NCBI GenBank assembly: GCA_033764445.1
Contig: JANRIZ010000013.1
Span: 1 to 45,149, forward strand
Length of the DNA: 45,149 nucleotides
Origin: Verrucomicrobiia bacterium
GTDB taxonomy: Bacteria; Verrucomicrobiota; Verrucomicrobiia; JAWXBN01
Direction of reading: 5' to 3'
The stretch's first letter is position 1. Each line of letters starts with the position of its first letter. A program made the translations under genes and the position numbers. The notes below the pieces were generated by a model, which was given only the letters and a program-made list of their open reading frames with translations, was not told where the DNA came from and did not search any database. Positions 36,202-45,140 of the stretch are shown here, in pieces.

Positions 36202-39200
36202 ATGGCCAATCATCAGGAGTCCCCTCCCCCGGTGTCTGCAACGGCTCCCGCCCTTGAAAGCGGCACCTACGAGATCATCCGGTCCCGGCTGCATGAACAG
36301 GCGACGCGTCTGCAGGACCGGCTCGGCTCCCTCAATGCCGCCCGCCGCGAAACCTTCGGTTCGATCCCGTTTGAATTGCTGGCCACCGAACGGGTGCTCA
36401 CGGAAAATAATTGCGTGCCACGGGATATGGCCGTTTTCGGACCCAGCCGGTTTGTCTTCGGGTACAATGTCCACATCGGCCTGAAATCCGAGACGCGGAT
36501 TGCGGATGTATTTTCGCTGTACGAATACCGGGGACGGCAATTCCATCCCCTGCCGGTTTCCTGGCTGGAAGACCCGAAATTTGCAGGGGATTTCAGGGAC
36601 CTCTACAAGTATTACAAGGAAACGGTCTTCTCCCATTTCCGGAACAAGGCGCCCTACCTGTACATGGTCTTCCAGGTGGGGAAAAATGTCTCGGATGTCA
36701 AGGCCTTCAAATGGCAGTGTGGTCCGGGCGAACCGAAATATCTGGGCAATCGTTTCGACCACGAAATCACCTTCCCGCCCCAGCACGATTTCGAATGGAA
36801 ACGCGCCACGCGGGACCTCCACCGCAAGGGGGCCTTCCCCCACGTCTCGATTGAGGACCGGGTGTTTGTTGAAACCACCGGCGGCGACCTGACCATCAAG
36901 GTTGAAAACAATACGGACATCGGCGAGGGCATTTACTCCGAACCCGTCTCCAACCGGGATCAGACCCTCGATGACGCGGAAATCCTCTACGCGATCGCGG
37001 GACACCTGGTCCTTTTGAAAATCCGCCCCTTCCAGGAAAACGACCACCGGTATCTGGTTTTCAACGGAAAAACCAACCAGGTCCGCCGCCTGGACAGCAT
37101 CGCCTCCAGCTGTGTCCTGCTGCCGGACAGCCAGGGGATCATTTTCCCGGGCGGGTATTTCCTCCAGACGGGTGAATCCAAAACCTTCGACCTGCCCACC
37201 GGGGACATGATCTTCAAAAAAAAGATCACCTCCCCCAACGGCGAGGACACGCTGTACACCTTCTTCAACCGGGCCGCGGGGCTGTTCATCCTTTTTTCGT
37301 ACAACCGCATCGAACAAACCGTCAAAACCCCGATCCTCTGCAACGGATTTTCCGTGTTTGAAAACGGGGAGACAATCCTCTTCCGATGCGACGAGGAACC
37401 CCGCAAAAACCACGCACTCCAAATCTGGCGCACGCCCTTCACCCATGCGGACGCAGCGCCAGCGGTCCCGGCGGACTCCTTTCTGGGCAAAATCGGCAAT
37501 GCGGGCGTGGTGGCCTGCATGACCGACTGCCATGCCCTCCTGAACCTCCTCAAGAAGGAGGATTCCTATGCCAACCTCTATCTGGACGTGGTCCGTCTGA
37601 CCACCGACCTCATCGACAACCATTTCTGGATCGGGGACGCCGCGGCCTTCAACCTTCGCGAACCGCTGGAAGGAATCCGCAAGGCGGGACGTTCGGCCAT
37701 CGACGAATTTGAAAAGGTCACCGGCATCCGCAAGTCCACCTCCCGGGAAACGGCCCGGCTCCAGTCCCAATCCGCGGCCCTGACGTCCAGAATCAGCCAG
37801 ACGATTCCCGAATCGATTGACGTGTTTGTGGACTTTCTCTCGGCCCTGCGCCGGTTGCGCGGGGAAATCATCTCCGCCCGGGACCTGCGTTATGCCGACC
37901 TGCCCCTGCTCGACTCCCTCGAAAGGGAGGTGGTCGCCCAGTTGGACAGGCTCTCCGCCGAATGTGTGGTGTTTCTGATCAAACCCGAGGCGCTCAACCC
38001 ATACCGCACCCGGGTGGAAGCCGAAAAAAACGCACTCGATGCGGTCACAAAATCCGCGGAAGCCGACGGGCAGGACAAACGGCTGGCCGCCATCTCCTCC
38101 GAAATGGATATGCTCATCGAGATTGTCGGCAATCTCAAGATCGAGGACCCCACCCAGACCACAGCCATCATTGACTCGATTTCCACGCTGTACGCGGGCC
38201 TCAACCAGATCAAGTCCTCCCTCAAAAACAAACGCACGGAACTGGCGGTCACCGAGGGTTCGGCGCAATTTGCGGCCCAGGTCAAGCTGCTCAACCAGAC
38301 GGTCACCCACTACATCGACCTGTGCGATTCACCGAAAAAATGCGATGAGTTGCTGACCCGGCTGATGGTGCAGGTCGAGGAACTGGAGGGGCGTTTCTCG
38401 GAGGTGGATGCCTACGTGGAGGAACTCTCGGTCAAACGCGAGGAAATCTACAACGCCTTTGATGCCCGCAAAATCCAGCTCAACGAATCCCGCAACAAAC
38501 GGTGCGCCGCCCTGCAAGCCTCCGCCGACCGGGTGTTGACGGGGGTCAAAAACAAGGCGGAGTCCCTCAAAAATCTCGATGAAATCAATTCCTACTTCGC
38601 CTCCGATCTGATGGTGGACAAGGTCCGGGACCTGATCACCCAACTGACCGGACTCGAGGACAGTGTCCGCGCCGATGAAATCCAAAGCCGTCTCAAGACG
38701 ATCCAGGAGGGGGCTGTCCGTCAGCTCAAGGACCGTCTGGAACTTTTTGTCGACGGCCAGAATGTGATCCAGCTGGGTCCACACCGCTTCTCGGTCAATA
38801 CCCAGCCGCTGGATCTGACGGTGGTCCCACGTGACGGAGACATGTATTTCCATCTTTCCGGCAGCAACTTTTTTGAAAAGATCACCGACGCCGGTTTCAC
38901 GACCACCCGCGAGGTTTGGAGCCAGGAAATCGTCTCGGAAACAGAAACGGTGTACCGTGCCGAATATCTGGCCCATCTCATTTTTCTGGAAGCCCTCGCG
39001 GCTCCTCCACAGAAACTGGAGGAATGGTTGTCGCTGGAAACCGAACCCTTTGCGGAACGGGTCCGCCAGTTTGCCGCCACGCGGCTGACCGAAGGATACG
39101 TCAAGGGGGTGCATGATCTGGATGCGGCGGCAATTCTCCGTCCCCTGATGACGATCCACCGGGACCTGAATCTGCTGCGTTATCCGCCCCGGGCCCGGGC

Positions 39201-41655
39201 CCTGGCCCGGCTTTTTTGGAGCCAATGGACGGAGGAGGAAATCCGACAGCCCCTGACTCTCAAGATCAAAAGTCACGGCACCTTGTCCCGTTTTTTTGCG
39301 GGGCAAACCCCTCCCCGGGAATACATCAGGGCTCTGGCCGGTCCCCTGGCGCAATTTGCGGAAAAATCGGCCCTTTTTCCACCGGCCCTGGCCCCGCTGG
39401 CCGCCGAATATCTTTTTGTGGAGGTTTCCACACGGGACCGTTTCGCCGTCAGCCGTCCGGCCAGTCAGCTGGCCACCGATTTTTTTCATCATCTGACCCA
39501 CCACCTTTTTGTCTCCGAATTCGACAAGGCACTTGAATCGGCGGGCCGGGACAAAATCACCGCCTTTGAAATCGCCCGGGATTGGCTGGCGGGCTTCATG
39601 ACGGCCTCCTCCGTCGGACCGGAGACCGAAATGCTCGAGGAGGCGGCGGTGCTCATTCTCAATCGCGACGCTCCCCCCCCCGAGGTGATCGACGCGACGG
39701 CCACGGCCAGTCTGTCGAACCTCCACGGAAACCATCCCCGGATCACCGGCGGAAACTATGTGCTCCAATACCATGAATTCACGGGACGTCTCGACGATTT
39801 CACCAGGACGCGGGTGCCACTTTTTGAGCGTTATTCCCAGGCCAAGAAACAACTCATCGAAGTCCGGCGCAAAGAACTCCGGCTTGGGGAATTCAAACCG
39901 AAGGTTCTCAGTTCCTTCACCCGCAACCGGCTTGTCGACCGGTTCTACCTTCCGCTGGTGGGGGCAAACCTCGCCAAACAAATCGGGGAGGCGGGGGAAA
40001 ACAAACGCACGGACCTGATGGGCCTGCTGCTGCTCATCTCCCCGCCGGGCTACGGCAAAACAACACTCGTGGAATATCTCGCGTTCCGGCTGGGACTGAC
40101 CTTTGTCAAAATCAACGGCCCGGCCCTGGGCCACGACGTGACCTCCCTGGACCCCGAGGAGGCTCCCAATGCCGCGGCCCGGGAGGAAATCAAACGTCTG
40201 AACCTGGCATTGGAAATGGGCGACAATGTCATGCTCATCATCGACGACATCCAGCATTGCAACCCGGAATTCCTCCAGAAATTCATCTCCCTGTGCGACG
40301 CCCAGCGGAAAATCGAGGGTGTCTACAACAACCAGCCCCGCACCTACGACCTGCGCGGACGCAAGTTTGCCGTGGTCATGGCGGGAAATCCGTACACAGA
40401 AAGCGGGGACAGGTTCAGGATCCCGGACATGCTCGCCAACCGGGCGGATATCTACAACCTCGGTGACATTGTCGGGCGCCATTTCCAAGTCTTCAAATGG
40501 AGTTACCTCGAAAACGCGGCCACCTCCAATCCCTATCTCCGTCGGCTGGCGGGACGAAACCATGATCTCCATGCTGTCATCCAAATGGCGGAAACCGGCT
40601 CGGCAGAGGGCGTGGAGCTGGAGGGAAAATATTCCCCCGAGGAAACCGGTGAAATGGTCGCGGTCATGAAAGCCCTCCTCCGGATCCGGGATGTCGTCCT
40701 GCGCATGAACCAGGAATACATTGCCTCGGCCGCCCAGGCGGAGGACTACCGGACCGAGCCCCCGTTCAAATTGCAGGGCTCCTACCGCAATATGAACCGG
40801 CTGGCCGAAAAAGCGCTTCCGGTCATGAACGATTCCGAAATCCAGGCCCTGATCGACGAGCATTACCGCAACGACGCCCAAACCCTGACCACCGGCGCGG
40901 AATCAAACCTCCTCAAATACAAGGAAATGCGGGGCACCCTGACCGCGGAGGAATCCGCCCGATGGAATGAGATCAAATCCACCTACAAACGCAAATTGCT
41001 CTTCTCCGAGGCGGACCCCGGGGACCCGGTTGCACGCGTGACGGTGCAACTGTCGGCCTTTGCCCAGGGCCTGGATCAGATCCGTCAGGCACTCTCGGAG
41101 GTGGCTCAAACCCAGCGGGAACGTCCCGACCAACTGGAAACAGCCCTCAGCAGTCACACTCTCGAAAGCCTGCGCCACATGCTGGGGGAACTGCGGACGA
41201 CCATCGAAACATCGAGCCATCCCCCAGTCCCTCCCCTGCCGCGAATGACAGGGTCTCCGGCGGTCACCCTGCTCAACGAGGATGGGACCCCTGCCCCCGC
41301 CTCCCTCGCCTCCCACTCCCCGCCGGTTGTCGATCATCAACCCACGGCGGCCCCCCCTGCGTCAAACCCCGACTACCAGATTGAGGTGCGTTACAGTGTG
41401 CCGGAGGCGTTTACCCAGATCATCCAGCACCAGTTTGCCCTGATGCAGGCCTGGTCCCAAAGCGCGTTTGCCTCCCAAAATCTGCGCTCCAAGGAGATGC
41501 AGGACTTGCACGCCCAGGTGGCGAGGCTCTTGGATGACTACCATCAAATCACTGGCTGGTTGAAAACCGCTCCTCAAACCCCTTTTCCACAAGACATTAC
41601 ATCTGCCGAAACAGGGTCGGCCCTGAAAAAGCCCAAAAAGAGAAAACCGGAGTAA
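36202..41655 (+). CDS. Giant (1817 aa) multidomain protein with a MoxR/AAA_5-type AAA+ ATPase module at residues ~1270-1420; function unknown
   Basis: A single uninterrupted frame starts 51 bp after the flotillin stop. Walker A is 'LLLLISPPGYGKTTLVEYLA' (DNA about 40038-40064). Walker B is 'VMLIIDDIQHCN' (about 40227-40256). A sensor-like motif is 'GNPYTESGDRFRIPDMLANRADIYNL'. There is no signal peptide or TM at the N-terminus. Several predicted coiled-coil stretches are present. The C-terminus has a Pro-rich segment and a basic tail 'KKPKKRKPE'. Confidence 0.85.
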   Translation: MANHQESPPPVSATAPALESGTYEIIRSRLHEQATRLQDRLGSLNAARRETFGSIPFELLATERVLTENNCVPRDMAVFGPSRFVFGYNVHIGLKSETRIADVFSLYEYRGRQFHPLPVSWLEDPKFAGDFRDLYKYYKETVFSHFRNKAPYLYMVFQVGKNVSDVKAFKWQCGPGEPKYLGNRFDHEITFPPQHDFEWKRATRDLHRKGAFPHVSIEDRVFVETTGGDLTIKVENNTDIGEGIYSEPVSNRDQTLDDAEILYAIAGHLVLLKIRPFQENDHRYLVFNGKTNQVRRLDSIASSCVLLPDSQGIIFPGGYFLQTGESKTFDLPTGDMIFKKKITSPNGEDTLYTFFNRAAGLFILFSYNRIEQTVKTPILCNGFSVFENGETILFRCDEEPRKNHALQIWRTPFTHADAAPAVPADSFLGKIGNAGVVACMTDCHALLNLLKKEDSYANLYLDVVRLTTDLIDNHFWIGDAAAFNLREPLEGIRKAGRSAIDEFEKVTGIRKSTSRETARLQSQSAALTSRISQTIPESIDVFVDFLSALRRLRGEIISARDLRYADLPLLDSLEREVVAQLDRLSAECVVFLIKPEALNPYRTRVEAEKNALDAVTKSAEADGQDKRLAAISSEMDMLIEIVGNLKIEDPTQTTAIIDSISTLYAGLNQIKSSLKNKRTELAVTEGSAQFAAQVKLLNQTVTHYIDLCDSPKKCDELLTRLMVQVEELEGRFSEVDAYVEELSVKREEIYNAFDARKIQLNESRNKRCAALQASADRVLTGVKNKAESLKNLDEINSYFASDLMVDKVRDLITQLTGLEDSVRADEIQSRLKTIQEGAVRQLKDRLELFVDGQNVIQLGPHRFSVNTQPLDLTVVPRDGDMYFHLSGSNFFEKITDAGFTTTREVWSQEIVSETETVYRAEYLAHLIFLEALAAPPQKLEEWLSLETEPFAERVRQFAATRLTEGYVKGVHDLDAAAILRPLMTIHRDLNLLRYPPRARALARLFWSQWTEEEIRQPLTLKIKSHGTLSRFFAGQTPPREYIRALAGPLAQFAEKSALFPPALAPLAAEYLFVEVSTRDRFAVSRPASQLATDFFHHLTHHLFVSEFDKALESAGRDKITAFEIARDWLAGFMTASSVGPETEMLEEAAVLILNRDAPPPEVIDATATASLSNLHGNHPRITGGNYVLQYHEFTGRLDDFTRTRVPLFERYSQAKKQLIEVRRKELRLGEFKPKVLSSFTRNRLVDRFYLPLVGANLAKQIGEAGENKRTDLMGLLLLISPPGYGKTTLVEYLAFRLGLTFVKINGPALGHDVTSLDPEEAPNAAAREEIKRLNLALEMGDNVMLIIDDIQHCNPEFLQKFISLCDAQRKIEGVYNNQPRTYDLRGRKFAVVMAGNPYTESGDRFRIPDMLANRADIYNLGDIVGRHFQVFKWSYLENAATSNPYLRRLAGRNHDLHAVIQMAETGSAEGVELEGKYSPEETGEMVAVMKALLRIRDVVLRMNQEYIASAAQAEDYRTEPPFKLQGSYRNMNRLAEKALPVMNDSEIQALIDEHYRNDAQTLTTGAESNLLKYKEMRGTLTAEESARWNEIKSTYKRKLLFSEADPGDPVARVTVQLSAFAQGLDQIRQALSEVAQTQRERPDQLETALSSHTLESLRHMLGELRTTIETSSHPPVPPLPRMTGSPAVTLLNEDGTPAPASLASHSPPVVDHQPTAAPPASNPDYQIEVRYSVPEAFTQIIQHQFALMQAWSQSAFASQNLRSKEMQDLHAQVARLLDDYHQITGWLKTAPQTPFPQDITSAETGSALKKPKKRKPE

Positions 41656-41720
41656 AGCGGTCCTGTTTTATTTAAAAAAGTCCTGTTGAATATTTCACAA
41701 AAAGTCCTAGCCTACGGTCC

Positions 41721-42293
41721 ATGCTACCGCTGATCCTCTCCCTTCTTCTGGGCATTATCGCCTCCTCTTTTTTTGAATGGATTCTCCACCGTTTTGTCAT
41801 GCACAAACCCGTCGGGCCTTTCCGGTATGCCTTCGAAGCCCATGCCATCATCCATCATCAGGTCTTCAGTTCGGACCATACCTATCATTTGATGCGCGAT
41901 GAGGATAAAAAGACCATTCCCATGGCCTGGTGGAACGGACCGGTCCTGATCCTCTGCAACAGTGTCCCTTTCCTCCTCTTTGCCGTTTTCACCGGCTACT
42001 GGACCGTCTGGTTGGGGGGATTGATCGCAGGCTGCCTGTACTACGGGACCTATGAATACATCCACTGGTGCATGCACCTGCCCAAAGGCCGCAGGATTGA
42101 GCAACCATGGGTGTACCGTCGGCTCAATGCACACCATCTCCTGCACCATCGCTACATGCACAAAAACTTCAATGTCGTTCTCCCCCTGGCGGATTTCTGC
42201 CTGGGCACCCTGGTCCTCCGCTCAAAAATTCCCTTCCCCCAACCGGTGGGTCCCGCCGTTCCCAACGTCCAACCGCGAAAAAAGGCCGCCTGA
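41721..42293 (+). CDS. Fatty-acid hydroxylase / sterol-desaturase-superfamily small membrane protein (190 aa)
   Basis: Three histidine boxes, 'HRFVMH', 'HAIIHHQVF' and 'HHLLHHRYMH', sit in a 4-TM scaffold. Confidence 0.75.
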   Translation: MLPLILSLLLGIIASSFFEWILHRFVMHKPVGPFRYAFEAHAIIHHQVFSSDHTYHLMRDEDKKTIPMAWWNGPVLILCNSVPFLLFAVFTGYWTVWLGGLIAGCLYYGTYEYIHWCMHLPKGRRIEQPWVYRRLNAHHLLHHRYMHKNFNVVLPLADFCLGTLVLRSKIPFPQPVGPAVPNVQPRKKAA

Positions 42294-42369
42294 TTTTCGC
42301 AAAATTCTTGTCCCGAGGCCCGTCCGTCCGTAAAGTGTGGACTGATCCTCGAATCCCGGGTTGACCCCT

Positions 42370-43209
42370 ATGTTCAAAAAAGTCCTTCTGTGCACCGACG
42401 GCTCGGAATACTCCCAGATCGCCATGGAGACGGCCTTCTACCTGGCCCGCAAATTTTCCGCGGATGTGGATGCGCTCCACGTCATTGAAAACAAGGTGCT
42501 TGACGGCCCCCTTTTTGCGGACCTTTCCGGTGCTTTCGGAGCCACGCCCTATCAGGATTTCTACTCGCAGCTCAAGGAACTCTACGAGCAACGCGCCAAA
42601 ACCACGCTCGACCTGGTTGAAAAAACCGCCCACTCGGTTTTTGTCAAATGTGACACCTTCCGGGAACAGGGGGTCCTGGCCGAGGTGGTGGCACGGTATG
42701 AGGCCAACGCCGATCTGGTGGTACTCGGACGCAACGGGGAAAATGCCAGACATCGCAGCGATCTGATCGGCCATTCCGTCGAGGACATCCTGCGCCGTTC
42801 CTCCAAACCCTGCCTGATCACCCTCAACCGTTTCCATGAATTCAAAAAGGCGGTCATCGCCTTTGATGGAAGCGAAAACTCCCGCCACGCCCTGCGGGCC
42901 GGACTTGAACTCTCCAAAAACCTGCCGCTGGCACTGACCCTCATCGCCGTGGATACCGGCAATCCGGAGGCCGCCAGTGATGCCCTGGCCTACGCTGTTC
43001 GGGAGGCCCAAAAAGCGGGAGTCCCCGTGGACGAACAGGTTCTGACCGGCAATGCCGACGATGAAATCACCGGCTACTGCAAAAAACGCGGCGTTGACCT
43101 CATTATCATGGGGGCCTACGGCCACACCCGCATCCGCGAATTCATCCTCGGCAGCACCACCAACAGCGTCCTGATCAAAAGTCCCGTCCCCGTGATGCTT
43201 GTCCGGTAG
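42370..43209 (+). CDS. Tandem universal stress protein (two UspA domains)
   Basis: Two repeats of the USP fold. The first begins 'KKVLLCTDGSEYSQIA'. The second begins 'KKAVIAFDGSENSRHAL' and carries the C-terminal ATP-binding motif 'GVDLIIMGAYGHTRIREFILGSTTNSV'. Confidence 0.8.
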   Translation: MFKKVLLCTDGSEYSQIAMETAFYLARKFSADVDALHVIENKVLDGPLFADLSGAFGATPYQDFYSQLKELYEQRAKTTLDLVEKTAHSVFVKCDTFREQGVLAEVVARYEANADLVVLGRNGENARHRSDLIGHSVEDILRRSSKPCLITLNRFHEFKKAVIAFDGSENSRHALRAGLELSKNLPLALTLIAVDTGNPEAASDALAYAVREAQKAGVPVDEQVLTGNADDEITGYCKKRGVDLIIMGAYGHTRIREFILGSTTNSVLIKSPVPVMLVR

Positions 43210-43295
43210 ATGCTCCGACAGCTTTGCTGCCCCATTGTTCAGGGGCCGATCGAAAAAATCCACTTTCCGGCTTGACCCTTCACAATCCATGATGT

Positions 43296-43327
43296 ATTGT
43301 ACTTTCAGAATAGATTGAAAGTACAAT
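43296..43327. promoter_or_regulatory. Perfect 11-bp inverted repeat 'ATTGTACTTTC-n10-GAAAGTACAAT' overlapping a sigma70-like promoter (TTGACC at 43272) 20 bp upstream of ORF 43347
   Basis: Read directly from the sequence. It is AT-rich within a GC-rich context. Confidence 0.35.
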
Positions 43328-43346
43328 ATATAAAACGAATATCCCT

Positions 43347-43751
43347 ATGACATACGCCGTCACCAACTACCTCCTCTACCTCGCCCTGAGCGTGGGACTG
43401 ACCATCTGGGTGGCCCGCACCCTGCACAAAAACGGCCGCATCTTCCTGGTCGACAGCTTCCAGGGGAATGAGGACCTGGCCGACTCGGTCAATCACCTCC
43501 TGGTGGTGGGGTTTTACCTGATCAATATCGGATACGTCTCGCTGGCTCTCAAATACGGGCCCACACCCCACGATACGAAGGAACTGATCGAGTGTCTGAG
43601 CACCAAGGTCGGCTGGGTTTTGCTGATCCTCGGCGTCATGCACTTTTTCAACCTTCATCTCTTCAACAAAATGAGGAAAAAGAATCTGGACGTCACAACA
43701 ATGCCCCCTGTTATTCCCGCCGGATATATCAACCGTCAATCCAACCCCTGA
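43347..43751 (+). CDS. Small polytopic membrane protein (134 aa), hypothetical
   Basis: Three or four hydrophobic helices ('YLLYLALSVGLTIWVA', 'LLVVGFYLINIGYVSLAL', 'VGWVLLILGVMHFF'). Its stop lies 5 bp before the next gene. Confidence 0.55.
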   Translation: MTYAVTNYLLYLALSVGLTIWVARTLHKNGRIFLVDSFQGNEDLADSVNHLLVVGFYLINIGYVSLALKYGPTPHDTKELIECLSTKVGWVLLILGVMHFFNLHLFNKMRKKNLDVTTMPPVIPAGYINRQSNP

Positions 43752-43755
43752 AATC

Positions 43756-44121
43756 ATGATCCGCAAAATCCATATTCTCTACGATGGCGAATGCGGTTTC
43801 TGCCGGACCTGCCGGGATTGGATTCTGCTCCAACCCCGTTTTTTCGAGATCGAAATGCTCGACCGCAGGGATCCGGACACCAAAGCCCGGTTTGGTGACT
43901 ACACCGTGCCGCCCTATACGGACCGGATGGTTGTCATCAATAACGAGGACGGGGTTTACTACGCGGAGGACGCCTACATCATGATCCTCTTTGCCCTCAA
44001 AAACTACCGGGCCTGGTCGGTCCGCATCTCGCGGCAGGGGGTCAAACCCCTGGCCCGGCAGTTTTTTGAGACGCTCGGCAAAAACCGGCGGGTCCTCTCG
44101 AAACTCATCCACCACACATGA
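43756..44121 (+). CDS. DCC-family thiol-disulfide oxidoreductase (DUF393)
   Basis: The N-terminal motif 'ILYDGECGFCRTCRDWI' is the DUF393 CxxC signature. Confidence 0.7.
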   Translation: MIRKIHILYDGECGFCRTCRDWILLQPRFFEIEMLDRRDPDTKARFGDYTVPPYTDRMVVINNEDGVYYAEDAYIMILFALKNYRAWSVRISRQGVKPLARQFFETLGKNRRVLSKLIHHT

Positions 44122-44132
44122 AAGGAAATCCC

Positions 44133-44282
44133 ATGAAACCGCGCATCCTCCACCCCCGCCACGGCGGACTCCGCCTGTGGTGTGTCATTCCCCTCCTCTG
44201 CCTTTACCTTGTACTGGTGCTGGTCCAGATCGCCCTCACCCCCCGGACCATCCCTGACAGAAAGACGGTGCCCCATGAAAAT
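44133..44282 (+). CDS. Possible 49-aa leader-like membrane mini-ORF whose stop overlaps the next start (ATGAAAATTGA)
   Basis: The ATG at 44133 follows 'aaaggaaatccc'. It encodes MKPRILHPRHGGLRLWCVIPLLCLYLVLVLVQIALTPRTIPDRKTVPHEN. It is not in the supplied track because it is under 60 aa. Confidence 0.25.
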
Positions 44283-44706
44283 TGATCCGAAACCTTTGGC
44301 GGGATGGATGTGTGTCTGGTGTTTTTTATGCCTCGCCCCGGCCCTGTTCGGAACCTTCGCCTGGGGGGTGCTCATTACCATGGTCCTCGAGGATATTTGG
44401 AGGCACCCCACCTCCGGAAAGGGGCTGGTGGGGCTGGTTTTGGTGACCGGAGTGATGCTGCTGATCCTCTACGGATACCTCCTCTATGCCGGGTATTTCC
44501 TGCGTTGGCGGGGAAAAAACTTCTGGGGTGGTCACCGTCACCTGTGGATCGGCACCATCGGCTTCAACCTCATCTGTGGAATCGTGCTCATCATCTGGGG
44601 AACTATCGGACATATTCCGTGGCCCTGCTGGCTTCTCGAAGTCCCGTACCTTGTGATCTGTTTCCTCGCGTGGAAGGCGTTTCAGGCGGAGCAACGAAAC
44701 CCATGA
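44275..44706 (+). CDS. Small 4-TM membrane protein, paralog 1 of a tandem array
   Basis: 143 aa. It shares the 'ILYG.LL....R......G.W.HLWIGT...NL' and 'VPY..I..LAW.A.Q.E' blocks with the next gene. Confidence 0.6.
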   Translation: MKIDPKPLAGWMCVWCFLCLAPALFGTFAWGVLITMVLEDIWRHPTSGKGLVGLVLVTGVMLLILYGYLLYAGYFLRWRGKNFWGGHRHLWIGTIGFNLICGIVLIIWGTIGHIPWPCWLLEVPYLVICFLAWKAFQAEQRNP

Positions 44707-45140
44707 AAACATTCCCTCTGGTCCTGGCCCGATGTCTGGTCATCCTCGGCGGCATCGGAATTCCAGGAGCACTCTACGGACTGGTCGTTGCCGTTTCCCT
44801 TTTCACCCATGCCATCAAAGTGGCATTTCAACGGGGCACGATGCTCTGGGAGGAGGCGGGATTTCTCAGCCTCACCGTGTTGGCCTTCATCGCCATCCTA
44901 TACGGTCTGCTCCTCTGGTACGGCTCCATTCGCCGCTCGTTTTATGAGGGGGGATTCCCCGGCGGATGGAAACATCTATGGATCGGGACTCTCCTCTACA
45001 ATCTGTTCCTGGCAGTCATCATCGGGGTCCTTATCTATCTGAATGAAGCATCTCCCGCCTATGCTCTGCTGACAGTCCCCTACTTCCTGATCAGCCTCCT
45101 GGCCTGGAGAGCCCTCCAGACAGAGGAGACCGCACAATGA
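44703..45140 (+). CDS. Small 4-TM membrane protein, paralog 2 of the tandem array
   Basis: 145 aa. Its ATGA start overlaps paralog 1. A further ATGA junction at 45137 opens a third ORF (MKII...) that runs off the window. Confidence 0.6.
   Translation: MKTFPLVLARCLVILGGIGIPGALYGLVVAVSLFTHAIKVAFQRGTMLWEEAGFLSLTVLAFIAILYGLLLWYGSIRRSFYEGGFPGGWKHLWIGTLLYNLFLAVIIGVLIYLNEASPAYALLTVPYFLISLLAWRALQTEETAQ

Noticed and set aside
34006-40881. Minus-strand ORFs 34006..36009 (667 aa), 36043..38310 (755 aa) and 38329..40881 (850 aa)
   Set aside because: They are antisense to the flotillin and giant-ATPase genes. Their products have Gly/Asp/Leu/Arg-rich compositions without motifs. The plus-strand frames carry SPFH and Walker motifs.
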